A DNA stretch of 64,000 nt from Perkinsus chesapeaki ATCC PRA-425 (Eukaryota; Protista; Perkinsozoa), in NCBI GenBank assembly GCA_013115145.1, contig JAAPAO010000139.1, positions 1 to 64,000 of the forward strand. The letters are read 5' to 3'. This document shows positions 25,135-39,868 of this stretch, in pieces; position 1 is the first letter of the stretch; every line of letters starts with the position of its first letter. The translations under genes were made by a program, and so were the position numbers. The notes beneath the pieces are model-generated. The model saw only the letters and a list, made by a program, of their open reading frames with translations. It was not told the origin of the DNA and searched no databases.

Positions 25135-26214
25135 ATGAAGCTGTTCTTTGGCTTTCTGTCCGTGGTACTTGTGGGAGGTGTAAAGATCGCCTACCGGAAC
25201 TATAAGAAAGGTGACTCTTGTGATGACCCAATATTCAAGGCTGTGTGTCCGAAGAAGCAAGGCATCCCCTGTTATGTAGCCGTTAACCTCGATGTGAAGC
25301 GCAATGTAAGATCACGTGAGGCGTCAGCAGGACATTCGAGCTCGCCAGCAAGGCTGGCCTCGTCATTTCACCATTGAAGTCGCTACTTCAGAACGTCCTG
25401 GGATACATAATCATGGACATACCTGCCAGACTATCTCATGAGGAAGAAGCAGCCGTGAGATCCAAGATGTAGGGAGGTTAGAATGTTATGAATGCCGAAT
25501 TCTGCTGCATCGTACATTCACTATTAGCGTCAGGTCAAATCCTAAGAAGCCGGGAGGCTTTGGTTACATAAAAAACGTAAGTTCCTGATAGTTTTTGGTA
25601 CGAGAAGACTTCTCGGAGGAGTGCTTCGGATGATGATCTGATCATACTGAGATCCTCTAACATTCTCATGACCACTAACATCCTCAGTGAAATCCTCACT
25701 ACTAGTAATTGAATTACTGTAATTCCATATAAAGCTACGCCGTGGATGCCGAGTACACTCGAAAAAATATGCATTTCTGCTTTTCAGGTTGAGGTTTCCG
25801 AGGCATTCCGTGGACAGGGTATCGGGACCCGTCTCATCAAATACAGCATTAAACTAGTGAGTGGAAAAGACTGAGAACCGGGTATTCCTTTGAAGCGTTT
25901 GCATTGAAATTACGTGGGGGCAGTCTGGCAAGAGTACCTCTGGAGAGTACCTGGGGCGACTTACTGGCATCAGTCTACGACCTGCTAGTCAGGCTTTCAC
26001 TTGAGGCCTGCTTCTCAGGGTATTGAAGCAGGGAACATTGTGGCGACGACTCTCCTTGTTGACGCGGAGAACCAGGATGCCATACGGTTATATAAAAGGC
26101 TCGGGTTTATCGAAGTTATCCGTAAGTCGGAGCTCGGAGCTATAACTGTACAGGCTAGCTGAAGCCATCTTTTCAGATGATATATCGGATATATTCATGG
26201 CCTTTTATCTCTAA
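25135..26214 (+). CDS. Signal-peptide-bearing GNAT acetyltransferase, paralog 2
   Basis: MKLFFGFLSVVLVGG leader; PCYVAVN..VLGYII, GYIKNVEVSEAFRGQGIGTRLI, LLVDAENQDAIRLYKRLGF; ends FMAFYL*; intron positions match paralog 1. Confidence 0.85.
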
Positions 26215-26830
26215 AACGATATAAGATATCAATCTATTAGCCATATGCTACGACAATCCTAGTTCTTGAGGACTGTATGCAGGAGATATCGAAGAATTGT
26301 CGCTTTTCAGTCTGTTTGTTATATCACAGAGGCAATGATGCTCAACATCACATACTTGGCCGTCTGCACCCGCTCTCTCCAACTATGTCATCCCTAGAGA
26401 ATCGCTGAGTTTTCTTCTCGGAGCTCTCTCTAGCCCGTCAAAAGGGAGTCGAGTTACGGGTAGTAAAAGTAGAGTCGAACGGCAACCTCATTGCAATCAA
26501 TAATATCACCGCGCATAGTGCATATATAACTCATCCTTTGACTCGTATATAATAGATGCTTGATGGTGGTATAACTGTGAGCTGAACTTGGTACCTCTGT
26601 CTGGTGATTATGAAATCACCGCCGTATGCCAGTTACACTCGAACGTCGGTCATTAACCAACTACAGTAGCTCACCCCTAACCTGTGCAAAGTTTGCACCT
26701 CGAAGTTCGAACATTCAATAGTCGCTAATAGCATCAGTCTGATGCACGGGCTGATCAAATGCCAAATCTTGGGAGCCAAACTGACCAGCTCGAGTCAATG
26801 GAGGGCCGGTTGGACTAGTTCACTGGCCTT

Positions 26831-27199
26831 ATGTTTTCAGCTGTTAGAAGGTATAGCACTGTTGAATACAGAAGAATAACTCCACCAGAAGTACAGCGAC
26901 TTCGAGAGTCCTTTAGAACTGACTTGTTGACAGATAGGCTTGGAGGATGCCGACGTATATCGTGGCATTGGTTTATCCTTAAATTACCATGATCCGAAGG
27001 CTGTAAACGTAAGCAATGACAATGAGTCACAATACTATAAATTCCAGCAACATCCCGACACGGTCAGTTTCGCTGTGGCAGTAACATCACACGTAACGCT
27101 AACAGAATCGGCGTTGACTCTAGGCCTTGCCCTCAGCCCGAAATAGTAGAGGGCTATGCTGCGACTAATCTTCAGCTAGCCCTTGCCTTGTCTAGCTAA
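26831..27199 (+). pseudogene. Possible truncated third GNAT paralog
   Basis: Tentative splicing gives MFSAVRRYSTVEYRRITPPE...SFAVAVTSHPEIVEGYA..*, resembling GNAT beta1-beta3, but it stops before motif A. Confidence 0.28.
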
Positions 27200-27977
27200 A
27201 TCAACCGAGCTTTCTCATCATCTCGAATAAAAGCCTGGTCTTGCAAGATGCGTGAGTGATCTAGTCACAAATTTGATATTGCTGTCAACTGCTGAAACAT
27301 GTGCTTTGTAGTTTTTAGTACCGGTTACAAGGTAGATGCGTTCAGTTGCGGGACATGTGTCATTTGTGTGATTCTGTGCGCGTCGGCAAAGTAAATTAGA
27401 GCTCCCGTTTTATATTCGAGTGGTGTGATAGGTGTTCGCCGACTGACCGGCTACATCTATATAGTCAAGTTTTGCCGATTTTTCTTTCATACTTGTGTTG
27501 GAGGTCTCTGTGCTGGATGCAGCACTCAGCATCTCGGTGTCGCACATTTTTCCAGAGGTGGGTTCACTTGTCGCGTGTTTAACAGTTAAACTTTAACTCA
27601 AGTTTTGCAACCACGTGAACCAACATGGATTGATTGCCCGTAAAAGGACATTGATTTCCCCAAGTGAGCGACATCGAAGGCGCCTGCGGGGTTCTGCGTA
27701 ATTGAACAATCTAAGACTAAATTGACTCCCTCAAACGCGAAAAGGATCTTTTGGTTTCGAATTCGGACCTCCACTGATATTGCAAAGCTGTAGATCTTGA
27801 CCTGTTTGTCACATCCAGGTTACTCGAACTTAAGCATTTCATACATGGATGACACTTTTAAACTCATGCCGGATCATCTGGAAACATGTTCGTGTTACAA
27901 TCATGATTTTCACACACTTTATAAAAAACAATACAAGGTATGGATTTTCCTGTCCAACCAATGGATTGTGCGCCGAG

Positions 27978-28781
27978 TTAGTTGGAAGGATGAAGAATAA
28001 CCGTGCCGACGGCGAAAGTAGTGAACGCGTCTGGCAGAGTTGCTGTTGACCTCGGTTCGACAGTCGCGGAGGCCACAGTGGTCTTGGTGTCGCTCGTCTT
28101 GGGGATTGCCGTGTCATTTTTAACAGTCAACGACATTGTAGTTGTAGAGCTGATTTGAGGCATACTTGACATTGAAGTCGACTTCTCCCCAGGGCTGAAA
28201 GCCTTATCTCTTGTAGTCGAAGAAGGCTCTCTAGTCTGACGGTTCTCCGTATGCTCAGTTGTGGTCCAAGAACCTCTTCCGGTAGTAACAATTTCGTCAG
28301 AGCTCAAGCTAGAATGATAGGTAGTCACTGTAACCGTGGAGGGCAGTACTGTGGTGTAAGCAGAGCTACTAGTTCTAGTAGAGGGTGTAGCCGATGCTCT
28401 CAGGCTGGATGGTGTAGTTGTGCTCGACACCTGAACCGAGTGGGTTCTGATGCTATCACTGGGATAGGTAGAAACTCCGGGTGGATAAGCGATATTACCG
28501 TCGCAGCCTAGCATTGCTAATACGCGATCATCGCAAGAGGGATCAGCAGCTGGCTGGAAGCAGGGCGTACCATCGGGTCTCAGGTAGATACCGAAGCAGA
28601 TAGGTGGATTTTGCCAATACTTGCAGTAGCTATTGTGTGTTGGTGGGTCACCACTACACTCATGGATAGAGCCACAGGCTCGGGCACAGTTAATATTGAT
28701 ATCAAAGCCAAGGGACAACGCAACGGAAGAGGTACAAGACGCAAGCCACAAAACGACAAGAGTCGCCATCGACATGACCAT
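27978..28781 (-). CDS. Secreted or surface protein: Cys-rich domain plus Ser/Thr mucin-like stalk, intronless
   Basis: Signal peptide MATLVVLWLASCTSSVALS; 8-Cys domain CARAC..EC..DP.THNSYCKYWQNPPICFGIY...CFQP..DPSC..LGC; about 140-aa S/T-rich stalk; short hydrophobic tail. Confidence 0.85.
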   Translation of the reverse strand: MVMSMATLVVLWLASCTSSVALSLGFDININCARACGSIHECSGDPPTHNSYCKYWQNPPICFGIYLRPDGTPCFQPAADPSCDDRVLAMLGCDGNIAYPPGVSTYPSDSIRTHSVQVSSTTTPSSLRASATPSTRTSSSAYTTVLPSTVTVTTYHSSLSSDEIVTTGRGSWTTTEHTENRQTREPSSTTRDKAFSPGEKSTSMSSMPQISSTTTMSLTVKNDTAIPKTSDTKTTVASATVEPRSTATLPDAFTTFAVGTVILHPSN

Positions 28782-29445
28782 ATATATAAAAGTTCCAAGG
28801 ATAACTAAGACTCCTTCTAGATCATCTCTGTTGAATCTCTCTGAGATACTTAACGCTACACAAGTTAGTGAAGGTAACAGCAGTGTATTCAGTGCTAAGA
28901 TTTACGTGAAAGATCGTCATAAGACGTGGGAGGGAACAGCAAAGTGATGAAGTTCGCTCTGTGGGTCAACCATGAGGTCTGAAAATGAAAAAATTACCAC
29001 ATACTCATAGGCTGTAAATTGGCTCACCTTCCACCGGACAGTGACACACGCATAAGCCATCACTTATATAAACGAAAGGCACTCGGCAGTAGAAATACCA
29101 CATCAGCTTCTTTTTCCGCTTGTCACACCACGACCACAAAACACATACTTCCATCAGGAACCAGATGCACTCAGCATACACCACAATGCCAAACATGCCT
29201 AACAGCTACTATAATGAGGAGAACTTAAGAACGATCAAGACACGACTCGGCATTTAGCCAAAAATACTTAGCGCTGTTGGTGGATAAAAACGCCATAAAT
29301 TGGTTAAGTTGCAGAACAAGATATTAGAGATCGGTAAAACGGAGCAAAATGTCATAGAAAATGATTGAGAGTTGAAAAACAGTTATTATTTTAAGGTAGA
29401 GCAAAACAATGCGAGACCGCTTGTGTATTAGATTTGGCAACTATA

Positions 29446-32400
29446 TTAGTGAAGAACACCTGACAACATCATTAGACTCAAGAATGACTACAATGAAGCT
29501 CACTTCCTTCTTGGGCAGCAGACGAAGATGAGTTTTCTTCTGGATCCACTCCATGCGGTACCGTTGGCGCGGCAGCCGGGAAATGTACCGGCGAGAGGTA
29601 TCCTTGAAACAATCCAAACGTGGGAGAACCATCAGAGCCTGGGGCTAGACTTCCGGCTGAAACGGCAATGCTTGTGGTGATGTCAATTGTATTCTTACAA
29701 GAGAAGTTTTGTGGTATCATCGGCAGCATGATATTTGAGGGACTCTGTTGTCCAAATTGCTGTGGGTACTGCATCATTCTGAAAGACCGGCTTGGACTAG
29801 ACATGACGATGGAAAAAGTTACCGGAATATTGCCGAACTCGAAGGGCTGCCTTGAGGCGGTGGCATGAAGCTCGTATAGAAAGGGTTCATACCAGTCATC
29901 GATGCGAACTGACAGTTAAAATTCCTGATCCGGAAAAAACGCTGCACCCTACCGGAGATTCCCCTTCGTTGCTCGGTATTCTAGAAATCGGCGACCCTAC
30001 AGGTAACGGTTGACGAATATGGTTCATGAAGGCACTTTGTGGGGAAAGGTCGTTCGAGCTTAAAGCAGCGCTGTTCGGTTCTGGGATATCTTGCGGACCG
30101 CTGGTGGCTGCGGCTGCGATGGCCTGCTGGTGAGCTGCAGCAGCCGCGGCAACTAAATGCGGGTTGGCAATACCAGCATGACCCCCCTAAGCGATGATAC
30201 GAGGATTACTCGGCGTTCGCTGTAGTGTGTTGTGTTATGCCTTACTACCTGAACCATGCTGGCAAGAAGTCTCGACATGATCTGTTGCTGTTGCGTCGGG
30301 TTCATAGCTGTAATTCTGTTTACTGTCGCCGACACCCCTGAGATGAATGCCTTGTTGTTCTATCACTGTTATTATATCAACGAGGGCACTATCTAATTTA
30401 CCAACGGAATAGATGACAATATTAGTCCTTTTGAAACCTCAGTTTTGTAACAGTGATGTGAGCAAGAAGCTCGTACAGGCTAAGCAGGCTCAGAAGCCAC
30501 TACACAGCTACTAGTAGTTCGACTAAGACTGCCGCGATGTTCCATCACTGAATGGAGGATATCTACTGGCTTCTACTGGGGATTCAATGACGACGTACAT
30601 TATTATTAGTAATAAAAATGAAAGTACGGTTGGTTTAATGAAAGTATACTAACTTCTGAGCACGACTGATATCACACGTTCTTTAAAGAATCGGCGGAGG
30701 CAGCAGCAGCAATACATCATCACCACCACCATATAGTTACAGAAATGGACAATCCTCGGGTGTCGAGGATATCAATAACGAACCCTGCCTCCCTAATGCC
30801 AAGACACCGCCGAATTCACCAACAATTATTAATGTACGGAACAATTGGCATTGGCGACTACCAAGGTAAATGTTGGTAATACTAGAAATGAGATTGTAGA
30901 CCTAGACCGGAGACCTAGAGAGGAGGCAGCTCACTAGACAGGCTTTCCTCGTATTCAAGCAGCCAGTTCGTTATACTATCCGTGGAGGTAGTACCAGTGG
31001 GGCTAGGCTCCAATCCACCACCACTGCCAACATCTCCTTGGTGATAGGGATGCCCGAGAGCTTCAATTGGTAACGCTATGTTACTTCCCGGCATCGGACC
31101 AGTCGGAGGTGATTGGTCGTACCTAAGTAAGTGTGTGATAGAAACCCGCGGGGGAAGTATATCTTACGCTGTACTGGCAACTGAACTGACTCCACCGTAA
31201 CGATGAGATGTAAACATGAGTGGTGGACTGTTACCATAAGCACCGCTAATACCATGTTTAAGAGGGAAGTAGGACTGCGTACCACCACCACCACCACCCT
31301 GATGATGAAGCTACTGTATTCAAGATGAGCTGCTGCTGCTATTGGCGTACCGTCCTTGAAGAGGCTCCTCCTGCTGCTCCCCTCGTATTGCGTGTACTAG
31401 AGTTGTTGTTCATCCCACCAGGTACCCAAGTCTGATTGGTCGCATACGATACGTTGATCGATCTAGATGACCCCGGGAAGCAGTAGTCATTCATCACCAT
31501 TGCCGCTTCAGCGTCGTGTGCCTAAGCTGCGATAGGAGGCAGTCGAATAAGTTGAGGCTCACGTAAGCAAATGTGATAAAAGCTGCCCCTTTGGATTTCC
31601 CTTCTGCATTGGTAAGTAATGCCACCTCTAGAATCGGGCCAAACTGCCCAAATAATTGAGCCAAGTCAAACGTTGTCTTGCTGTAAGGCAGACAACCCAC
31701 GAAGAGCTACAAACAATAATAGCGATTCGCAGCTCTACCGGCTCGAGTTACCTTAGCAGGTGTTAAGTCCTCCTGAGGAAGGTTGGGATTGGGAACGAGA
31801 ACGCTTGGTGGTGGCCTCGACTCCGAGTTGCCTAGATACAAATGTTCCATGCGGTCGAAGCTGTCAGCTGCTGCTGCTGCTGCTCACTATCAGCATTTGC
31901 TACTGCTGGTCTTAGAAGCCCCGTTGATGTTAGATTAGAAGAAGTATCCATTGCCTGAGCCACAGTAAGCACATCATCACCAGACGCCACCTATAAGACT
32001 GCTACCCTGCTCTGTGTTGCAGCACTCTCTGCTCTGGGACCTCCATGGGTGGACGTGCCAGTATTGCCGCTTATAGCACTCCCGCCTTCCACCTCTGACA
32101 GGCTTACATACAGCGCGACTTCGCAGTATTTCCTACCAGTAATGCTATGGCCTTCCTCATTAAGCGGGACAGCACTAAGGTTGCTAACGTTGGTTGCTGA
32201 TGCTTGAATATCTACTGGTGACCTTTGCGATGACGTTGATGTCATTGTGCTTGAAAAACGCCTTATTGGTGAGGCAAAGTATGCTCGGACCGCAGGCAAA
32301 TGCATGCTGTTCACACGAAACTCCCGCAAGTGGCAGGCTTGGACCTGAAATGAGGCAATTATAGGCACTTCGGGAGGCTGTTGCTGATGCTGCTGCTGAC

Positions 32401-33574
32401 AATTGCAGGAGCCTACCAATGCAGCGGCGGGCTCTCGCGCAGTATACTTGACGTAGCATGCTCCTGTACTCTTGCCATCAGCTCTAAAGAGCATGAATTC
32501 CCTTATTTCCCCATATGTGTCCAAAGTGGTTAACAGCTCATGCTCGGCCATAACCATCCTGAAGTATTATGCCGACATAACCGTGGTGGTGATAATGATA
32601 GCAACAACTTACTCGTCTCTAGGTAAGCCTATAAGATACACGCGATTCTCCCTTTTCTCAAGCTCTCCAGTAGCATACTTCACCTGCATGGCTGCACGCA
32701 CCTAACAAGCTGATCGTACCAAGAGGGAACAAGAGGTCTGTGACCTACATGTCCCACATAGAATTGACCATGCAATCGGGATATACATTCATCACAAGAG
32801 TCCCTAGTAATGTACCTAATAGCAGTACTAATGGCAACTCAAACAACGTGAGCAGCAGGGCTACTTCAACCATGCACAGCCTTTGCTGCGGCCCTCTCGA
32901 TCACGTTGAATTGCTAATTCTACAATGTCACCAAATTGTGCAAACAAGGGATACCTGCCGGACCCTTAAGCAAGGCGCACAGGATTGGTATTACAGATCA
33001 TGCTCAGTGGTGTCAAAAGGTAGGCATCCTACAAAAAGCTTGTATGGTCCTTCATCATCAATTCGACTAGTGTTAACTCCGTGATCCTGACCACACACAG
33101 TCTTCTATCAACCCACTGACCTAGCTCATACCCATGCCATCCGATTAAGCCATGAGACCTCATCACCATCGATTATCTCAGGCTTACATGACCCTCCTGA
33201 TGTATCCGACGCTTTACCTCCCGCACTGTGAAGATTTTACCAGATACATTACGATTGTCATATTTGGGGTCTACTACCTGTTAGCTCCTATATTGCTGGC
33301 TGTATCAGATACCCCTTGCGACAGCGATCGAGGTACCTGTCCTCGCCTATACATCTCAGGCGTTTGAGTCGACGATGCTTACGAAGTCCTCCGCGTCGGG
33401 TTTGAGTCTGCTTCGCTCGCTGCGGGATGAAGGTTGCGCATCTGTTCATACTTACAAGTTCAATGTCGCTTGCCGGCGGTCCTTAAGCTCACCTGGGCTG
33501 CCAGGGATTTCTGCCGTTGCAGCAATCGCTCCTATTGAATTGCTCCCTGAAGTAGCCGATCTCACCGTCGACAT
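29446..33574 (-). CDS. CELF/Bruno/FCA-like RNA-binding protein, 3 RRMs, N-terminal PAM2 motif, long low-complexity regions
   Basis: RRM1 KLFVGCLPFDTTEHDL..ELAIQRDREGRSKGCAW; linker MQVKYATGELEKRE; RRM2 ..FRADGKSTGACYVKY; RRM3 FVGCLPYSKT..GKSKGAAFITF; spliced SRLKPDAEDFVP. 3' end approximate. Confidence 0.85.
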
Positions 33575-33604
33575 AAACACTGTTATTCAACTCTGATGGC
33601 AAGC

Positions 33605-33633
33605 AAAACCCGAAACCCCAAAACCCGAAAACC
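33605..33633 (-). repeat. Telomere-like (GGGTTTT/C)n tract just 5' of the CELF gene
   Basis: Plus strand aaaacccgaaaccccaaaacccgaaaacc; on the minus strand it lies just before the AG preceding the ATG at 33574. Confidence 0.8.
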
Positions 33634-33689
33634 AGTTCCATTGGGGAAACTTAAGTGGTACAACATGCAGAATAGCGACTGGTAAATTA

Positions 33690-35312
33690 TCAATGCGAAG
33701 TCTGTGCAAGACGCATACGCATGGCGTTCGCTATCAACGCCTCGAAGTGGAATATCGGTTTATTTCCGCCATGGTAGAGCCTGGACTCGAACCTGTGCGG
33801 GTTGTTGTGATGAAGAAGTAAGCACACGGGTAGCTGCTCACTTGGACGAAAGAGCGGCCAGTGTCGGCCAATAATCCTGCGAGTCCCCCAAAGCTGAGCC
33901 TAACATCACTAGCAGCTGGTAGAACATCTCGTTAGCCGGTATCTCTATTGCCAACAGCCCGTACAGCTTGTCCCGTATAACCTGTCACATCCACCTAACA
34001 GCAAACAGCTGTCAACATGCCCCAGTAACTAACCTTCAATTGACGTGGTGTCTGTTCCGCTAATATGTCCTGTGTTATGCTTTCAATAACAACCTGCATC
34101 ACCAAAGATATCATCCACACGCGATCTACGCTCGCTGACTTTCCAAGGTAGCTCCGCCAGCGGTGTATTGGCGTTCCTCAGTGCCTGCCTACCACCATTC
34201 TGCGCTGCCATGGCATCCAACTGCAGCAGAGCGAATCTCATATCGCCACCAGAGGCATTTGCTGGCCACAGTGCGGACATTACAAACCAGAGACCGTGCG
34301 CCAACTTACCTATGATGCTTGCCAACTGAGGATTCATCTCCACACCGTATTTAGCTTCAACCTTCTCCAACTCGCTTTTAACCTATCGTAAGATTCCCAA
34401 AGCTCTCCACTAGGATCACTGTCACCTCTGCCAGAGCAGGCCGAGGCACCCTTATGGCCATGCACCGACTTCGTAACGGTGGTATCAACGGTGCCAAGGA
34501 GTCCGCGTGAAAGAATATCTTCAGCACAGACACATATCTAAGCTTGAACCATGCTTGATACGTCCGCTGGCTTCCACACTACTTCTCCATAGTCCTCCTA
34601 AGCCCAGCTTGGGCTGCCCGACTCAAACAGTGCGCACTGTTAATCACAACAACTCTAAAGGGAGCATCCCCAACTGGAGGTGCTTGTGCCATCTCCTTCA
34701 CAAGCTGACATGTCTTCCATCATCCCAGCCGATGCTATCAGCCCTACATGCTGTATCACGAGGACGTCCTTAGCCCCCACTTCACTGGGTGTTATCTCTA
34801 TATGATAGCTACTAAATATAACCTACCACTGCCCAAGCTAGGTCTTACTATCGACGACAGCGCTATCACCTGTATTTCCAACTCTGGCCCGGTAGCATTA
34901 GGCTTTATCGTCCTCAGTTCACGCTTTGCCTGTATTGATGGACTCCAACCAGGAAGGCCAACCCGCCGCCCGCTACTACCTTCAATGCACCAGGGCCAAA
35001 TATTTCCCTCAGCAGACAGAGAATCCTGCAAGGCATCGCAGCTTCCCTGAGACCACACCCCCCAGTATCACCTGGTCATCTTGCCACCACCGGTTGGACC
35101 ATAGAACAGCAAATGCGGAATATCTCTCTGGCGTGCCTAATCACGACGCCCGTCTCCTCCACCATCATGCGCCATTCTGCGTCGCTCCGTCAGCTGTCAG
35201 CTTCTTTTAAGTCCCCGCGGCCTACCAGCCCCTTGAGGACCCTCGTCACGCTATCATTGTAGGTAAGCCCATCCAGAGTCGTCGGCCGCTCGCTGTCCAT
35301 GAGGAATGCCAT
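33690..35312 (-). CDS. RFC3: Replication factor C subunit 3 (yeast Rfc5 orthologue)
   Basis: MAFLMDSERPTTLDGLTYN; IPHLLFYGPTGGGKMTR; FRVVVINSAHCLSRAAQAGLRRTMEK; FESRLYHGGNKPIFHFEALIA. Confidence 0.93.
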
Positions 35313-35520
35313 ATTAACCTCTTCACTGACGACACAGAATCTCAAGATCCCTCAAGATGAGCAAGTCCATGTAAAAAGCGCTCGCCCCAAAACATATGAC
35401 CGAACTCAAGACGCACGGATGGGTGGTACAAAAAATCATGATTGATAAAGAACACTACGATGAGGATGAGGTGATGGATTGGGCACAAATCTTATAGGTC
35501 GTCGTCTTCAATGTCTCCAC

Positions 35521-37456
35521 TTAATCCTTAATCCATTCGTACTCGCTTCTATCAGCAGCAGCCGACTGCAGGCTTGCGTCACGACGCCTATTGGGGAGAG
35601 TAATGATGCATGGGGATTCGGACCGGCCTACCTATTGAAAGCGCTTCTTTTAACGACCAACTCCTTGCTCTTGACCTTATCAGTACGATCATCAACATCG
35701 ACATAATCTCGTGTATCGTAACCCTTATAGACCTGAGGCGATACAGCTGCAAGTAATTGTGCTAAGGGAAAGAAGCCAACCTGGAAGGGACGGTAGATTC
35801 TGTTTTCCGGATCATCAATCCATTCAGACCAGTGTGCCAACCATCCAGCGAGCCTCGGCACTGTGAAGAGGATTGGGAACATATCTGATAGAAAAACCGT
35901 AAAATAAATCAAGGACCGGGCAGCCTACCAGTGGGGAAGCCCATAGCCTTGTAGATAAGGCCGGAATAGAAGTCCACATTTGGGTACAGCTTTCTGTCTT
36001 TAAAGTAGGGATCTGATAAAGCGATCCTCTCGAGCTCCATGGCAACTTCAATCAGAGGCTCTCGGCCACAAATCTCAAAGACCTGTCATGCTGCATTTAA
36101 TACTCGAGCCATCACTCCATGTTACATCCTCAGCAATCTTTCTTATTATTGTCGCCCTCGGATCATAATTCTTATAGACTCGGTGACCGAAGCCCATAAG
36201 GAGCTCCTTACGCTGCTTCACCTAAGGTACTAGGCATGCCTCACCGCTGACAGCAGCTTCAACAGCTTACCTTCTCGACAAATGTTGGCACGTTTTCGAC
36301 AGAGCCGATTCTCTCGAGCATGCGAAGTACAGCTTCGTTAGCTCCACCATGACGAGGACCGTATAGGGCGCCGGCCGCAGCAGCACAAGCCGTGTATACG
36401 TCCACCTGCATTCGAAGAATTAACATACTCTCGAATGCAACTATTACGTTGCTAGAGGTAAGATGACGCATTGCGCTAGTGGAGCAGTTGAGCTCATGTT
36501 CGGCATGGAGGACAAACAAAACGTCAAGCGCCTTCACCAGCCTTGGATGGGGCCTGTAGCTTGTACCTAATCGCATAATACACGTGATCGATGATGAAAG
36601 TTGTTACCTTCATGAGACACGTCCAGCATATATAAAAAGTTCTCGGTGTATCCGAGGTCAGAGTTAGGTATGTTGAATGGTCTGCCCATCCGATGCCTAT
36701 AGGCCATCGCCGCCAGTGTTGTAGCCGAGCCCAGGATGCGGGCTATCTCCTTATTGCGCACCTGAACCAAAATGATGGCCACGTTAGTCCACCTCCCCCT
36801 CCTACCGCTTTGTCTTTATATATGTTCTGGCTCGTCAATGCCGGATTGCTCTCTGGATGCAGAGTGCCGAGGGCTGCCATGGCCGATACGAACATGCCCA
36901 TTGGATGGGCATCATAGCGGAAGGCCTAAGCAGACGATCACCGCCAACTGAGGCTGATAGGAGCTCACAGAGGTCAAGGCGGCCACGTCCTGATGCAACA
37001 TAGAATGACGCATGAGATCCTGCTCCCACTGGTACAGCTGTCCTCTAGAGGGCAGCTCACCGTACCTGAATGAGACTACCAGACGGACCCACGCCAAAAT
37101 GACAGCATACTGTAGGAGGAAGGCGACCTCCGGGAAGGAGCTCTTCTCGGCTATCTGTTCTATCGGGTAGCCCCTGTAACGAAGAATCCCTCTATTGCCA
37201 TCGATAAAGGAAATACGTGAGATACAGCAGGTAGTGTTCATGTACCTACGCATACCAATCCATGAGAATAAGGCATCACCACCACCCAAACTGCCTACCC
37301 AGGATCATAAGTCTGGATTCCCAACTGCTTGAGGTCAGTTGCACGTATCGTCCCGTCGGTCACTTTAACGTCGATCTTCTTACCGTTTCTGTTATCGGTG
37401 ATGGTGAGGGTCGTGGGAGGAGCAACATGGCCAGCAACGCCGTTCAAACGGTTCAT
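35521..37456 (-). CDS. Citrate synthase, peroxisomal/glyoxysomal type
   Basis: [70 protein letters not shown]; N-terminus [11 protein letters not shown] is PTS2-like. Confidence 0.95.
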
Positions 37457-37649
37457 ACCGGATTAGTAAAAACGCTGTCAAAACTGGTGGGGACAGATGA
37501 ACACAAGACCGACAGAAGGTCGTAAAAAAGAGAAAGATGATCCATCGCATCATTAGGTAAAATCGTCCCACGTCGACGATCAGCCGCACGGCAGCCAGCC
37601 CAACAACGGGCGCAAAAATGTGCTGTGCTGACAACGTGAAGCAACATGA

Positions 37650-39868
<2,219 letters not shown>

